Of a stretch of 64,000 nucleotides of DNA, positions 1 through 10,250 are shown piece after piece; position 1 is the stretch's first letter, and each line of letters opens with the position of its first letter. The stretch lies in IMG/VR virus record IMGVR_UViG_3300018080_000162; one strand, 5' to 3'. The DNA comes from an uncultured virus (IMG/VR IMGVR_UViG_3300018080_000162). Its lineage: Duplodnaviria; Heunggongvirae; Uroviricota; Caudoviricetes. The notes under the pieces are model-generated. The model saw nothing but the letters and a program-made list of their open reading frames with translations, made no database searches and was not told where the DNA came from. A program made the translations under genes and the position numbers.

Positions 1-14
1 AAAATGAACTCGGC

Positions 15-608
15 ATGATAGATGCTTTCAACAAGCTCTATGACATTGAGCTTGCGATGAAAAAGGACAAGACTCTGAACGACGAGCAGAAAAGGTATAT
101 CGAGTCTGTTCTGAAGACCAACAAAGAGATTATTCGAACTCTCAAATATGGTACGAAAGCCGTTTCGACGCCAGCGCAGCCGTCGAAGGTGGCTCAGGCT
201 GATGACAGAGAGGAAGATAATTCGAACGGCAGTGATGTGAAAGAGGAAGAGCCGAAAGAGAAGAAAGTAAATCTCTATCGCATCAAAGTGGTGAGCACGA
301 AACCTTTGCGCGATAATCCGGGCACACCCAAAAGTGGTGGATTCGTCAAGAAAGGCTTTCTCTACGGTGTCGAATATACTGTGATGAACAAGAATAACTA
401 TTCAGTTTACGGTGTGCGAGTCCAAATCGTTGTGCATTTGAGCACCGGCATGAAAGAGGAATTCAATTGCTATATCGGCGGCAGCGATAGAAAAAACAGC
501 CACACGCTAATCGGTTCGGGTATGAGCAAAACGCAACAGTTTACGTGGGCGCACAATAATGCGCGTTCGTATACTGTGAAGGTTGTTGAAGCGAAGATTG
601 ATGAATAG
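15..608 (+). CDS. hypothetical protein
   Basis: 197-aa ORF, no recognisable family. Confidence 0.6.
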   Translation: MIDAFNKLYDIELAMKKDKTLNDEQKRYIESVLKTNKEIIRTLKYGTKAVSTPAQPSKVAQADDREEDNSNGSDVKEEEPKEKKVNLYRIKVVSTKPLRDNPGTPKSGGFVKKGFLYGVEYTVMNKNNYSVYGVRVQIVVHLSTGMKEEFNCYIGGSDRKNSHTLIGSGMSKTQQFTWAHNNARSYTVKVVEAKIDE

Positions 609-611
609 ACG

Positions 612-1241
612 ATGCCTTCTCTTTGCGAATACTTCTTCGAGAAGATTATCGAGAAGCTTAATAAAGGAGCTTTCTTGACAAAGGAGGATTTGAGTCGCTG
701 GACTTACATGGATGCGACTTTGTTCGAGCCTGCGAAGAAAGTGCCCAAGGAAATTGTGCTTCCTCCTCCTCTACAGGACTACGAGGACAAGAAGCCAGCC
801 TGTTTTGGTCGGTTTCCTTTGCCGCCATTTAACAGCAGCCATAGCCTTGGATGTTTTGCGTCCAGTGTTGATTGCAAGTACAAGGCGGTTTGCATGGCAA
901 AGAGATTGGAGGAACAAAGTAAGAACCTCCAGAAAAAAATGATGGCTCAAGTTGGCAGTGCTTATGCTGAATTTCGAGAGAGTATTCGTCATTTTCGCCA
1001 TGAATTGCCTAAGAGATATGAAATGGAGGTTTGCATTTCTTGTTGGCCGAAAGAAAAGCTCGACCTGTCTGCTTTCAAAGCTTTGTGGAAAACAGGCAAG
1101 ATTTTTTGCAGGGCTGAGCCTTTTCATTTTGTTACAGTTTATCAGAACTATCCGAGGAATTGTCCTTATGTTTTCGAACACGAGATAGCGACGAGGGAAG
1201 CACATGTTGAAGGGAATCAAGCAAGCGAAGAAGAGGCGTAA
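612..1241 (+). CDS. CFG-Cys module + C-terminal ZLEH domain protein
   Basis: CFGRF...C...C, then EVCISC...W...FC...PRNCPYVFEH. Confidence 0.7.
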   Translation: MPSLCEYFFEKIIEKLNKGAFLTKEDLSRWTYMDATLFEPAKKVPKEIVLPPPLQDYEDKKPACFGRFPLPPFNSSHSLGCFASSVDCKYKAVCMAKRLEEQSKNLQKKMMAQVGSAYAEFRESIRHFRHELPKRYEMEVCISCWPKEKLDLSAFKALWKTGKIFCRAEPFHFVTVYQNYPRNCPYVFEHEIATREAHVEGNQASEEEA

Positions 1242-1587
1242 GTGCTTCGGACTTTACGGCAACAAGGATGTGAAGTGCTCATACTGTGACGAGAGGTATC
1301 TATGCAAAGCTCAAAGCGAAGCCGAAGAAGTCATGCCGAGACTGGTCAAAAAGGCTTGTTTGCGTTGTTATATGCGGAGACACGAAAAGAAGAGCAACGA
1401 AACGGAGGAAAACTACAAGCGGAGCGTAAGAGGTATGTTTCGAAGAGATTGGAGAAGAGGGCGTGTTTGTTGTAAACGCGCAGCCAATTGGACAGAACAT
1501 GTAACCATTGGCTTTACCGATGAGCCTCCTGATTTTTGTCCTTTTCTGCTTGAACACATGATGAATCGGGCAAAGACTCATGTATAA
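1204..1587 (+). CDS. CFG-Cys module + ZLEH domain protein
   Basis: CFGLY...CSYC...LC; KKACLRC...PPDFCPFLLEH. Confidence 0.75.
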   Translation: MLKGIKQAKKRRKCFGLYGNKDVKCSYCDERYLCKAQSEAEEVMPRLVKKACLRCYMRRHEKKSNETEENYKRSVRGMFRRDWRRGRVCCKRAANWTEHVTIGFTDEPPDFCPFLLEHMMNRAKTHV

Positions 1588-2089
1588 CATTCTCTCGGCG
1601 TATAGCATTGATGATGGCATCGGAGACATGTATCAGATTATCTTTCTTTTTGAGAAGGACGGTCTATACGAAGTTTCATTGCTGACAAGGGACATTGAGC
1701 ATGAAGGCTGGCAGCGCAGTTCCATTTTCCGTTCGACTGAAAAGCAAGAAGTTGTCGCTAACATGAACAAGTTTTTAACGAGAGTCAAGGATGCAAATGA
1801 CTGTTGTTCTATTGAAGAGCCAATGGATGACGACATGCAGGTTGTTCTGGAATCTCTCAAGAAGAGGTTCCCTTCTGATAAGTGTGGAATCAATTTTTTT
1901 GGTTTTTTCGAAGTCACTTGTGTGGACAATATAGGAATGGTGGATTCGTTCGACAAGGGTGGCGAGTATCTGGCTGAGGACATAATGACAGCTATAGGTG
2001 AACAGTCAAAGCTTTTGGTCGAAGACCGCTTTGGGAAGCGTATCGAGTGCTTTGCTTGGAGATTCGTCAGGAAGTGCAGGGAGCAATGA
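1580..2089 (+). CDS. hypothetical, C-terminal 'CxDN..EY..ENxFG..CF..RF' domain
   Basis: C-terminus similar to ORFs at 8866, 9636, 10629. Confidence 0.7.
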   Translation: MYNILSAYSIDDGIGDMYQIIFLFEKDGLYEVSLLTRDIEHEGWQRSSIFRSTEKQEVVANMNKFLTRVKDANDCCSIEEPMDDDMQVVLESLKKRFPSDKCGINFFGFFEVTCVDNIGMVDSFDKGGEYLAEDIMTAIGEQSKLLVEDRFGKRIECFAWRFVRKCREQ

Positions 2090-2346
2090 TAGACAAGATG
2101 ATATGTACCAAATGCCAGCAGCACACTTACAGCAATCACGATGATTTGGTAAAGATATGGAGCTTGGAAGGCAGCAAAGTGCGTTGCATCTATTGTAGCA
2201 TTGCCGATAGACTGGAGCAAATGAAAAGGAGAAAACGGGGTACTTTTTTAGTGGAGCAAGAGCGTATTGAACTTGACCCAAGAACGGATAATCCTCCTCC
2301 GAATTGTCCGTTCTGGCTTGAACAGAGAATGGCTTTCGAATGTTGA
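2086..2346 (+). CDS. ZLEH family protein
   Basis: MIDKMICTKC...PPPNCPFWLEQ. Confidence 0.75.
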   Translation: MIDKMICTKCQQHTYSNHDDLVKIWSLEGSKVRCIYCSIADRLEQMKRRKRGTFLVEQERIELDPRTDNPPPNCPFWLEQRMAFEC

Positions 2347-2546
2347 ATATCGAAGTATGTAGAAAGTGTATTGACAATACCACGTCAGAATTCTTGATGG
2401 AGTGGAGATGGTTTGTCCTTGATATGACTCCTTGTGGAGAGAAGATTTTTGGACAGCCAAATATAAGAGAGTGTTACTGTTATCTTGAGCACAAGCTTTC
2501 GGAGTGTAGACATGCTGGTAAAGGAAATCTGTCAACGCTGCCATAG
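2340..2546 (+). CDS. ZLEH family protein
   Basis: MLNIEVCRKC...CYCYLEH. Confidence 0.7.
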   Translation: MLNIEVCRKCIDNTTSEFLMEWRWFVLDMTPCGEKIFGQPNIRECYCYLEHKLSECRHAGKGNLSTLP

Positions 2547-2889
2547 CGATGGCGGCAGAAAAAGCAAGTGGATGACTGTTAACGAGCAGGAATGGAATCT
2601 TGACAAGACGGTCATTTGTCCTCACGCGAGAGGGAATGAATGTTCGAAGCCGCCGCATTTTTCGATTGAGAGCAAAACGCCACCAAAGAGATGTCCTTAC
2701 TTCGTGGAACAGTCGATTTGCCAGCCGAAGCTGAGCACGAAGGATAATTTTCAAAATGCTTCAGATTCTTTGGTGACAAGAGACATCCTTATGGATATAA
2801 TAATACGGTTTTCCAGAGACCTTTCGGTTGAGGATGTCGTAGGAGCCTGCGAGGATGCTATCAGGGAAATCAGGCAGGAAGACCAATGA
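2512..2889 (+). CDS. ZLEH family protein with C-terminal extension
   Basis: MLVKEICQRC...PPKRCPYFVEQ. Confidence 0.75.
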   Translation: MLVKEICQRCHSDGGRKSKWMTVNEQEWNLDKTVICPHARGNECSKPPHFSIESKTPPKRCPYFVEQSICQPKLSTKDNFQNASDSLVTRDILMDIIIRFSRDLSVEDVVGACEDAIREIRQEDQ

Positions 2890-3329
2890 TTAACCTCAGG
2901 TATTGTGACAAATGCAAGTTACTGGAAAAGTGCTTTATTTGGGAGTCTGCTTACGACTCCGACAGGAAAAATGTGCCTTATCGAAACGAGAAACACTGGC
3001 ATGGATGGAGAGGCAAGCCGCCTATATGGTGTCCGAGCTTATTGTCTCATTTGAAAATCACCAAGAACTTCAGCCGGAAGAGAATACGCGGTTTGAGACG
3101 GCATCGGGATGTAAGCAATGCGAAGCTTATCTGCAAGCGTTGTTACGAAGACCACGGGATTGAATGGACATACAGTCTTAACAAGATGTGGAGGAAGCAT
3201 AGGCATTTGTTTTGCATTGTGGCTGACGGCAAGGAGTGGGGCTTGAATGAATGCGTTTTCTCTGGATTTTCGCCTCCACCTGACTGTTGTCTCTACAAGT
3301 TTGAGCATGTCATTTGTAAAGAAAGGTAA
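2886..3329 (+). CDS. tandem double ZLEH domain protein
   Basis: CDKC...PPIWCP, then ICKRC...PPPDCCLYKFEH. Confidence 0.7.
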   Translation: MINLRYCDKCKLLEKCFIWESAYDSDRKNVPYRNEKHWHGWRGKPPIWCPSLLSHLKITKNFSRKRIRGLRRHRDVSNAKLICKRCYEDHGIEWTYSLNKMWRKHRHLFCIVADGKEWGLNECVFSGFSPPPDCCLYKFEHVICKER

Positions 3330-3332
3330 CAA

Positions 3333-3746
3333 ATGCGGAAGATAACATCGGAGAACTACGTAGAGGCCGCTGTCAATACGGAATCTTGTGATTACGATGC
3401 TATTAGTAAGAGAATGGTACAACCTATCATTATCCGCTTAGACCACGCAGGGAAGGGTCTTTGCACGGAGGCGGGCGAATTTCAGGATATGCTCAAGAAG
3501 CATATCTTCTATGGCAAGCCGCTTGACTTTGTGAATCTCATGGAAGAAATCGGTGATGTCATGTGGTATGTGGCTTTGGCTGTTGATGTCCTTAAGAAAC
3601 TCGGTGTTGTGGAGAGTTTTGATGAGGTTTTGACGTTGAATATCGAGAAGCTGGCGAAACGGTATCCTGAGAAGTTCAAGGAGTGGGATGCTCTCAATCG
3701 CAATCTGGAGGGCGAACGTGCTATTCTGGAAAAGAAAGAAGAATAG
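3333..3746 (+). CDS. MazG-like nucleotide pyrophosphohydrolase
   Basis: TEAGEFQDMLKKHIFYG...EEIGDVMWY...NIEKLAKRYP. Confidence 0.85.
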   Translation: MRKITSENYVEAAVNTESCDYDAISKRMVQPIIIRLDHAGKGLCTEAGEFQDMLKKHIFYGKPLDFVNLMEEIGDVMWYVALAVDVLKKLGVVESFDEVLTLNIEKLAKRYPEKFKEWDALNRNLEGERAILEKKEE

Positions 3747-4086
3747 ATGCCCAATTTGTGGAACGGAGTCTGCTCCAAAGCATGATATTTGGCGAGAGCA
3801 CGAGTATTGCAAGGACTGTTGCAGGAATGTCGAGTTGAAGATGGCATGGGAGGAATACCGGAACACCATATCGAATGGCAGATTTTCTTTTTACATCGCT
3901 TCGCTTTGCATCCTTGCTCTTGTTGTGATTCAAGGAGGGCCTTATTCTATAGGAGAACTATGGTGGTGGCTGCTGATTATAGGGCCAAGCTTGAACGCCT
4001 GCGCGAATATGATGACGGCCATCAAGGAGAAAATCAAAGAGAGGAGTTTGCGCAACGATATATTTATTCATCTTCTGAAGGGGTAG
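3718..4086 (+). CDS. small Zn-ribbon/membrane protein
   Basis: CPICG...CKDC plus two hydrophobic segments; start uncertain. Confidence 0.5.
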   Translation: MLFWKRKKNRCPICGTESAPKHDIWREHEYCKDCCRNVELKMAWEEYRNTISNGRFSFYIASLCILALVVIQGGPYSIGELWWWLLIIGPSLNACANMMTAIKEKIKERSLRNDIFIHLLKG

Positions 4087-4089
4087 AAG

Positions 4090-4335
4090 GTGTTGAATAA
4101 AGAGGTCTGCAAGAAATGTCATCAGGAATCCGATTTCTGGTTGGGTTCAAAGCACAAGAAATGGACGGAAAGGGATGAAGAGTTTTGGAATGAAGGACAT
4201 GTTTTGTGTCCTCGGACGCAGAGTAATCTTGCGGATTATATCATTGGGGGAAAAGTGTCTATTACGGAAAGGATACCGGATGGATGTCCTTTCTTCCTTG
4301 AACACATAGTATGTCGGGAGCGTGAGGGATGTTAA
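4090..4335 (+). CDS. ZLEH family protein
   Basis: MLNKEVCKKC...LCP...PDGCPFFLEH. Confidence 0.8.
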   Translation: MLNKEVCKKCHQESDFWLGSKHKKWTERDEEFWNEGHVLCPRTQSNLADYIIGGKVSITERIPDGCPFFLEHIVCREREGC

Positions 4336-5012
4336 AATACCTATTGCCGGTTCTGCTTGCTGTTTCAATCGTGAATGGAAGGGAACGTGTTCGACGAGTC
4401 AGCGAAGCGGACTTGATAGCTAATTGGCAAAAGACAGCAGAGGAAGCCGTTGAGAAGAAAGACTGGCTCAAAGCCTTGCAGAATTACGATGCGATTCGAA
4501 GTCGGTACAAAGAGAGCAATAAGGAGAAGTATGACGTTTTGGGTTCCCACATGAATAAGATTTTCTGGTATTGCTTGATGTATTATTGTCGTGGCGAGAA
4601 AAAGGATTACAAAGAAGCCAAGTGGTACATTGACCAGCGGGTCAGTCGTAATTTGAAAGACGAGCAAGCCAGAACTTTTCAAGGATGGCTTAACAGCCAG
4701 AACAACGAAGGAAAAATCCAAGAATTTCTTGACAAGAAGTATTGGATGGTTATAAAGGAGTGTCTTGTTGCCAAGAAAAACGGGGAGGGATTTTGTGAAG
4801 CGCAGTGGTGGTTGAAAAAGAGACTGGAGATTGTTCCTGACGACGAAAAGGCACGGATGTATCTAAAAACACTCAAGGCAAATCAGAAGGCGCAAGAAGA
4901 TGAAAGTAGAACCGACTCACTACGAGAGACTGGTGAAGAACTTCCCACTGGTGGCATCCAAAGAGTACATGGAGACGATGCAGAGGGAAGCCATCAAGGA
5001 CGGCGACCCTAA
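4329..5012 (+). CDS. putative secreted helical (TPR-like) protein
   Basis: signal-like MLKYLLPVLLAVSIVNG; internal repeat EAKWY...DEQAR / EAQWW...DEKAR. Confidence 0.55.
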   Translation: MLKYLLPVLLAVSIVNGRERVRRVSEADLIANWQKTAEEAVEKKDWLKALQNYDAIRSRYKESNKEKYDVLGSHMNKIFWYCLMYYCRGEKKDYKEAKWYIDQRVSRNLKDEQARTFQGWLNSQNNEGKIQEFLDKKYWMVIKECLVAKKNGEGFCEAQWWLKKRLEIVPDDEKARMYLKTLKANQKAQEDESRTDSLRETGEELPTGGIQRVHGDDAEGSHQGRRP

Positions 5013-5955
5013 CGACCTAAAAGGCTTTGTTGAGCTTTTGTCGAAAGACGCCAACCTTGCAAATCTTTGCGCGAACAATGTTCTGCGCTACGAGGGCATT
5101 ACATCTAACGCAAACCTGTTTTACCACGTCTATCATTTCAGAGCCGAAGGAAAGCGTGTTTACGAAGTCAGCGATGGTCTTGCATGGCTGTTGCAGAACA
5201 CAAATCTGGACAATACGGAAGTCTCGCTGGTACGTCCTCCCTATCCGTCCATCTACGTGAAGATTCCGTTGGGTCTGTTTACCTTGTTAGATGCGAGAAC
5301 AGGAGAACACAAGATTGAGGGTTTCTATTTGCGTTCTTATCTCAAAAACGATAAGCGCGTGTTCAGAATCATCGCTACAGCCGTCGAGAATGACGCTTCT
5401 TCTTTTGCTCTCGATGACAGTTACTTCTTTTTCTGGATGGAGTTTGACGAGCATGGCAAAGTGAAGGAAGAGTTGAGCAGGGTCATGCGAGAAGAAGGAA
5501 AGAGATGGACGGTGATGCTGTCGGACGCGACTCAGGAGAATGCCAAGAAGATTCCTGACTTCTTCCGTTTCGTAATGAACGTGATTCTCTACAGCAACTC
5601 GGCTGACGTTGACTGCGATTGGCATCCGGCTTGGCAGAAACTTTTTGCGCAAAGACAGAAGGCTCGGAAGGAAAGGCAGAAGAAACGCCTTAGGAGGGAA
5701 CTCGATGCGTTAGGCAACCCAAGAAAGCTGCTTGGCGGGAAAATTGTCATCTTGCGGGAAGAGAAGAATGCGTATCGAGAAGCGCATAAGACCGGCAGGC
5801 AAGTTAAAGTGCGATTCAGGGTGGCAGGACATTGGAGGAGTCAGCCCTATGGCCCGAAGATGTCTTTGAGAAGGCCCAAGTGGATTAAGCCTTATTTGAA
5901 AGGGCCGGATGCGGCTGATGTTGTAAATCGCGTTCACAGGCTCGGAAAAGACTGA
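4900..5955 (+). CDS. phage hypothetical protein
   Basis: 351 aa; basic C-terminal motif VAGHWRSQPYGP...WIKPYLKGP. Confidence 0.7.
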   Translation: MKVEPTHYERLVKNFPLVASKEYMETMQREAIKDGDPNDLKGFVELLSKDANLANLCANNVLRYEGITSNANLFYHVYHFRAEGKRVYEVSDGLAWLLQNTNLDNTEVSLVRPPYPSIYVKIPLGLFTLLDARTGEHKIEGFYLRSYLKNDKRVFRIIATAVENDASSFALDDSYFFFWMEFDEHGKVKEELSRVMREEGKRWTVMLSDATQENAKKIPDFFRFVMNVILYSNSADVDCDWHPAWQKLFAQRQKARKERQKKRLRRELDALGNPRKLLGGKIVILREEKNAYREAHKTGRQVKVRFRVAGHWRSQPYGPKMSLRRPKWIKPYLKGPDAADVVNRVHRLGKD

Positions 5956-6011
5956 AAAATTCTCCAATTGAGGGTATAATGAGGAAGGATACCCTTGTTG
6001 GAGGATTTGCC

Positions 6012-6488
6012 ATGAAGAAAATATTGCCGTTGTTAGTGTTTCTGTTTTTTACAGGTGCAAAGGAGGAGAAAGAGCAGGAGACGGTCAAGGTCTTCTTGAA
6101 ATTGCCTTCAACAGTGGAGGTAAGAGCTTATTGCTGCTGTGAAAAATGTTGTGGAAAATGGGCCAAAGTGCCGAAGGAGGAGCGGAAAACGGCAGCCAAG
6201 AAGCCGCTCTATGTGGATGGAGTTTTCCAGAAAGGCATTGCCGTTCCGAAGGAAGGCCCCATTCCTTACTTCACTCGTATTTCCATTCCTGGATATGGTA
6301 ACTTCGAAGCAGATGACACAGGTGGCTGGATGAACCGCAAGTGGGAGAAGGAAGGACGTTTTTGCATAGAAGTTCGCTTTGAAGACCATGAAGAGGCAGT
6401 AGCGTGGGGAGCGAAGAAACTTCCAGTTTCTTGGTCGATTTTAGTCGAGGATTCCGAAAAGAAGGATAGAAAGGAAGAAAAGAAATGA
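6012..6488 (+). CDS. 3D-domain (lytic transglycosylase-like) protein
   Basis: signal peptide; AYCCCEKCCG, IPGYG...ADDTGG, IEVRF..HEEAVAWG. Confidence 0.75.
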   Translation: MKKILPLLVFLFFTGAKEEKEQETVKVFLKLPSTVEVRAYCCCEKCCGKWAKVPKEERKTAAKKPLYVDGVFQKGIAVPKEGPIPYFTRISIPGYGNFEADDTGGWMNRKWEKEGRFCIEVRFEDHEEAVAWGAKKLPVSWSILVEDSEKKDRKEEKK

Positions 6489-6781
6489 GCCAGTTTTCCG
6501 AGGAGTTAGCCTTTATCCTTGTCGAGACGGAGGATGGCAAATTCAGCGGCCAGACATTCACAAGCGGTTTAGATGCAGTCAAGGCTTCCTTCGACGACTG
6601 CTGGCAGATGAGCGAGAAGACAAAGAAGGGCAGAGGACTGTTTGTGCGGGTGAAATTCAACGAGCAAGGAGAAATTGTTGAACAGGAGGTCAAGTCGAAG
6701 ATGTTGGGTGTGCTCCAAAAGCGTAAACCCTTGTCAGTAAGGCTCGGAGAAGGTGAAATTGACCCTGAAAAAAAGCCATAA
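6485..6781 (+). CDS. hypothetical protein
   Basis: 98-aa ORF coupled by ATGA overlap. Confidence 0.6.
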   Translation: MSQFSEELAFILVETEDGKFSGQTFTSGLDAVKASFDDCWQMSEKTKKGRGLFVRVKFNEQGEIVEQEVKSKMLGVLQKRKPLSVRLGEGEIDPEKKP

Positions 6782-6797
6782 ATTCTTGGAAAAAGCG

Positions 6798-6827
6798 TTG
6801 AAAAAATGCGAGGCATCCGTATAGAAG
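6798..6827 (+). promoter_or_regulatory. early-type promoter motif
   Basis: TTGAAA...TCCGTATAGAAG; the same motif recurs at 53-63 kb. Confidence 0.65.
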
Positions 6828-6846
6828 GGTGGAAAGGAAAACAAGA

Positions 6847-8862
6847 ATGGCTTACTGCATGAAAGAACAAGACGCCCTTGATGCCCTTCGAGTAGTAGCG
6901 AAATTCATCTCCAAGAATCGCAAGCTGAAGGTCATCTATCACAACAAGAAGACGGCCTACGCCAAGGTTGAGAAGGGCGAAATCTACATTCCTCGCTTCG
7001 GCTACATTACTCAGGAAGCATTGATGAAGCTGCGCACTCTGGTTTATCACGAAGGAGGCGGTCATATCGCTTATACGCGGCTTTCCAAGCCTATCAAGAA
7101 CAAAGCTCTTCACACGATTTGGAACGGTCTCGAAGATTGCCGTATCGAGGAAAAGCTGCGCAAGAAATATGAAGGTTGCAAGGTTGTCTTCGATTGGGCC
7201 GACAAGTTTTACAATCAGCAGGTAGGCAACCAGATTTCGGTAGAGCACGTGAATGCTCCTCTTTGGGAAGCCATTTGCGCCATGATGTACCGCTACAAGG
7301 GTTTGTATCCTGCTTGGACTCTAACCGAGAAGGCGCAGAAGTATTTCGATGTCGCTTATCCGATGTTCCGCAAGGTTGCTGAGGCCCGTTCTGCTGATGA
7401 TGCGGTTGTAATCGCCAAGGAAATCTATGAGGCCCTGAAGGAACTCAATAAGGACATCGAGGAAGAGAAGCAGATGGACATGGGTTCTTCGATGGCAGGT
7501 TCCGATGGCGAAGAATCCGAAGACGATAGCGAAGAGGGAGAAGGCACGAAGTCGAAGAAGCGAGAACGCTCTGAATCTGAGGACGAAGAGGAAGAGGGCG
7601 AAGCTTCCGCTGCTGCCGATATGGACGATGATGATGAAGAAGGTGAAGGAGAGAGTGGAGACGACGAAGAGGGCGAAGGAGAGACTGGAGACGACGAAGA
7701 GGGTGAGAGCGAAGGAAAAGGCGAAGGAGAGACTGGAGACGACGAAGAGGGAGAGAGCGAAGGAAAAAGCGAAGGAGAAGACGAAGACGAAGGGGATGAC
7801 ACCGAGGGCGAGGCAGACAAACCGGATGGGAAGAGAAGAAAAGACGGCACGGATGACAATCATATCGCCAAGCAGATGGATGAGGAAGCTGATGGTGAAG
7901 AGCTTTCTGAAATCCTGAGAAAATCGCTTGAGGAAGACCTGAAGGACATTCCCAATGAGGATTGGGAATACACGGCGAAGCGCGACCACGACGTTTACGA
8001 AGTTCCTGAAGTCACGGTTCGTGAAAAGGCTGAATTTGCAGAGAAGCGCAATCAAATGTCTCCTTCGATTATTGGCCTGTCTCGCGCTCTGGAGCAGGCT
8101 CTCCGCGCTCTGAGCCGTTGTAAGAAGCTCCCGAACATGGAGCGAGGCCGAATTGATTTCACGAAACTGACGCATATCGCGAAGAGCCTGACGAAGAACA
8201 TCTTCTATCAGACCCGCAAGGGTATTACACTGGATACGGCTGTGACGGTGCTCGTGGATGAGAGTGGAAGCATGGGGCATTGTTATGAGAATGTTCAACT
8301 GCTGCTGATTGCTCTTTGCGAGACCCTGAATGCGGTCGGGATTCCTTTTGAGGTTATCGGACATTCCACGCGGCAATCTGTTGGTGGATACTCTTGGTAT
8401 CATTGTGCCCGTCATGGTCGTGATGGTTTCACGAGAACAATTCCGATGCTCTATAAGATTTACAAGACCTTCAGTGACGTTTGGACGAACGTTCGGGAAA
8501 GGGTGACGCAGACCCGCGCTATCGACCAGAACGTTGACGGTGAAGCTCTTGAATACTGCGTTCAGAGGATTCTTGCTCAGCGTAAAGAGCCGCGTAAGGT
8601 TGCTTTCGTTCTTTCGGATGGAGAGCCTTGCGCCGGACAGGGAAACGACAGGGATATGTGCAAGAATCTCCGCAGGGTATGCGAGAGAAGCCGCAAGATG
8701 GGAGTGGAAGTATACGCTTTTGGTCTCGGCACCAAGGGGCCTGAGAAGTATTATGGCAAAGAGAATTTCATCTATCTGGAAAACCTGAACAACATGAGCG
8801 GTCAGTTTTTCCGCGAGTTCACGGAAATGCTGACTCAGGGCAGGGTAAGGGCTTTACGGTGA
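6847..8862 (+). CDS. CobT-like protein (HExxH-like N-domain, acidic linker, C-terminal vWA)
   Basis: YHEGGGH, NGLEDCRIE, long D/E/G linker, MIDAS DESGSM, LSDGEP. Confidence 0.8.
   Translation: MAYCMKEQDALDALRVVAKFISKNRKLKVIYHNKKTAYAKVEKGEIYIPRFGYITQEALMKLRTLVYHEGGGHIAYTRLSKPIKNKALHTIWNGLEDCRIEEKLRKKYEGCKVVFDWADKFYNQQVGNQISVEHVNAPLWEAICAMMYRYKGLYPAWTLTEKAQKYFDVAYPMFRKVAEARSADDAVVIAKEIYEALKELNKDIEEEKQMDMGSSMAGSDGEESEDDSEEGEGTKSKKRERSESEDEEEEGEASAAADMDDDDEEGEGESGDDEEGEGETGDDEEGESEGKGEGETGDDEEGESEGKSEGEDEDEGDDTEGEADKPDGKRRKDGTDDNHIAKQMDEEADGEELSEILRKSLEEDLKDIPNEDWEYTAKRDHDVYEVPEVTVREKAEFAEKRNQMSPSIIGLSRALEQALRALSRCKKLPNMERGRIDFTKLTHIAKSLTKNIFYQTRKGITLDTAVTVLVDESGSMGHCYENVQLLLIALCETLNAVGIPFEVIGHSTRQSVGGYSWYHCARHGRDGFTRTIPMLYKIYKTFSDVWTNVRERVTQTRAIDQNVDGEALEYCVQRILAQRKEPRKVAFVLSDGEPCAGQGNDRDMCKNLRRVCERSRKMGVEVYAFGLGTKGPEKYYGKENFIYLENLNNMSGQFFREFTEMLTQGRVRALR
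7637..7795 (+). repeat. coding tandem repeat (GDDEEGE units)
   Basis: repeated GGAGACGACGAAGAGGG units in the acidic linker. Confidence 0.75.
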
Positions 8863-8865
8863 GAA

Positions 8866-9639
8866 ATGCGCGGAATCGACTCGAAAGTTGCAAGAGAATT
8901 ACTCGGCATGGCTGCTGGTATGGGAGGTTGGGTTGACGAAGATGGGAACCCTTTTGTCGATTTGAAAGAGAAGCGAGAGCTTTTAGAAAGAACTTGGACT
9001 GCTCTGGAAGAATTGAAGGAGAAAGACGCAAAGAAGGAAAGCAAAATGAAGATAGAAGGCGTGGCAGAGACAATCAAGGTACTTCACTGTAAGCGTGACC
9101 GCAGCAACAAGGTCTACATTCTTATTGTGCTGAAGAGACCGGATGGTAAGCACGAGGCTATCGGCTTCTATGGCAAGCGCAAGAAGCTTGCTGAGCATGA
9201 TTTGGCTATGGATTCAAAGGGCTGTTTCGGTGGCTTTTGGCAGGCCGTGGAAGCTCTGGAAAAGGTGTATCGGGAGAAAGTTGATAAGAAACGTTATATC
9301 AGCGTGGATAGCTCTGTTTACTTCGAGAAGGAAGAGCCGGTGACGATGGAAGAGGCCAGAGAGTTTTTGCGCTCGAAAGGCATTCGGGTTTCTGACGACC
9401 CTCACGAAGAGAAGCCTCGGAAGTCACGGCGCAAGGCAAAACCGGTTATTGAGCCTAAGGAAGAGGAGTCTGAAGAAATTGTGGTTGTCTGTCTGGACAA
9501 CACAGGTCTTGAAGACCAGTTTGACCGAGATGTGGAGTATGTTGGCCGGATGGCCGATGATGATGGGAAACTGATTGTCGAGAACAAGTTCGGCGAAGAG
9601 AAGGAATGTTTCGCTCAAAGATTCAAGGTGGTCGGATGA
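8866..9639 (+). CDS. WGR-like domain + shared C-terminal domain
   Basis: SNKVY...FYGKR...KVDKKRY; VVCLDNTG...ENKFGEEKECFAQRF. Confidence 0.6.
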   Translation: MRGIDSKVARELLGMAAGMGGWVDEDGNPFVDLKEKRELLERTWTALEELKEKDAKKESKMKIEGVAETIKVLHCKRDRSNKVYILIVLKRPDGKHEAIGFYGKRKKLAEHDLAMDSKGCFGGFWQAVEALEKVYREKVDKKRYISVDSSVYFEKEEPVTMEEAREFLRSKGIRVSDDPHEEKPRKSRRKAKPVIEPKEEESEEIVVVCLDNTGLEDQFDRDVEYVGRMADDDGKLIVENKFGEEKECFAQRFKVVG

Positions 9640-10250
9640 TGAAAACGTGGACGCCGGTTACTAACGACAAGAAAATCATCAAGTGGTGGGTAGGCCGCTT
9701 GTCCTTCGAGCGCGTCTGGCTTTGCTTGATTCGTTACAGCACTCAAACTAATAGTTTCTGGTTCTGCTCGATGTGGAGAAATGCCGACGACCTGTTTGAC
9801 AAGAAAGGTTTCGGACATCTCTCTTGGAGAAATTACGTTTCCAGCCGGAAGGCTGCGAAAGCTATGGAAAAGGCAGTGGCTCAGAAGAAACAAAGCGGAT
9901 ATGTAGCTGTGGACGATTATCGTTTTGGCGAAACAATCAAGATGACTCTTGTAAAGAAATGGCTTTACGAGACTTACAGCTTTTATGGTCAGTACGGAAG
10001 GTATCGCGAACAGGAAAGTTACGACGAGGAACAGGGTGATGAATTCGTCGTAAGGTGTTTGAACACTTGGCATGTGCAAGATTTTTTTGATGTAAACGGC
10101 GAATACCTTGCGAGAGAGGAAGGCGATTCTGGTATAATTATGGTAGAGAATCGTTTTGGTTTTTTCTGTCCTTGCAGGATGTCGCAATTTGAGCTTGTAG
10201 AGGGGAGTAATGCCGACTCCTTCAAACAACGAGCACTTTCAGCTACCTGA
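9636..10250 (+). CDS. hypothetical with shared C-terminal domain
   Basis: KKQSGY; VVRCLNT...GEY...ENRFG. Confidence 0.6.
   Translation: MMKTWTPVTNDKKIIKWWVGRLSFERVWLCLIRYSTQTNSFWFCSMWRNADDLFDKKGFGHLSWRNYVSSRKAAKAMEKAVAQKKQSGYVAVDDYRFGETIKMTLVKKWLYETYSFYGQYGRYREQESYDEEQGDEFVVRCLNTWHVQDFFDVNGEYLAREEGDSGIIMVENRFGFFCPCRMSQFELVEGSNADSFKQRALSAT

Noticed and set aside
6271..8415. Long minus-strand ORFs (also 31122-33091, 54089-55039, 58129-59019)
   Set aside because: Antisense shadows of well-supported + strand genes, with no motifs.
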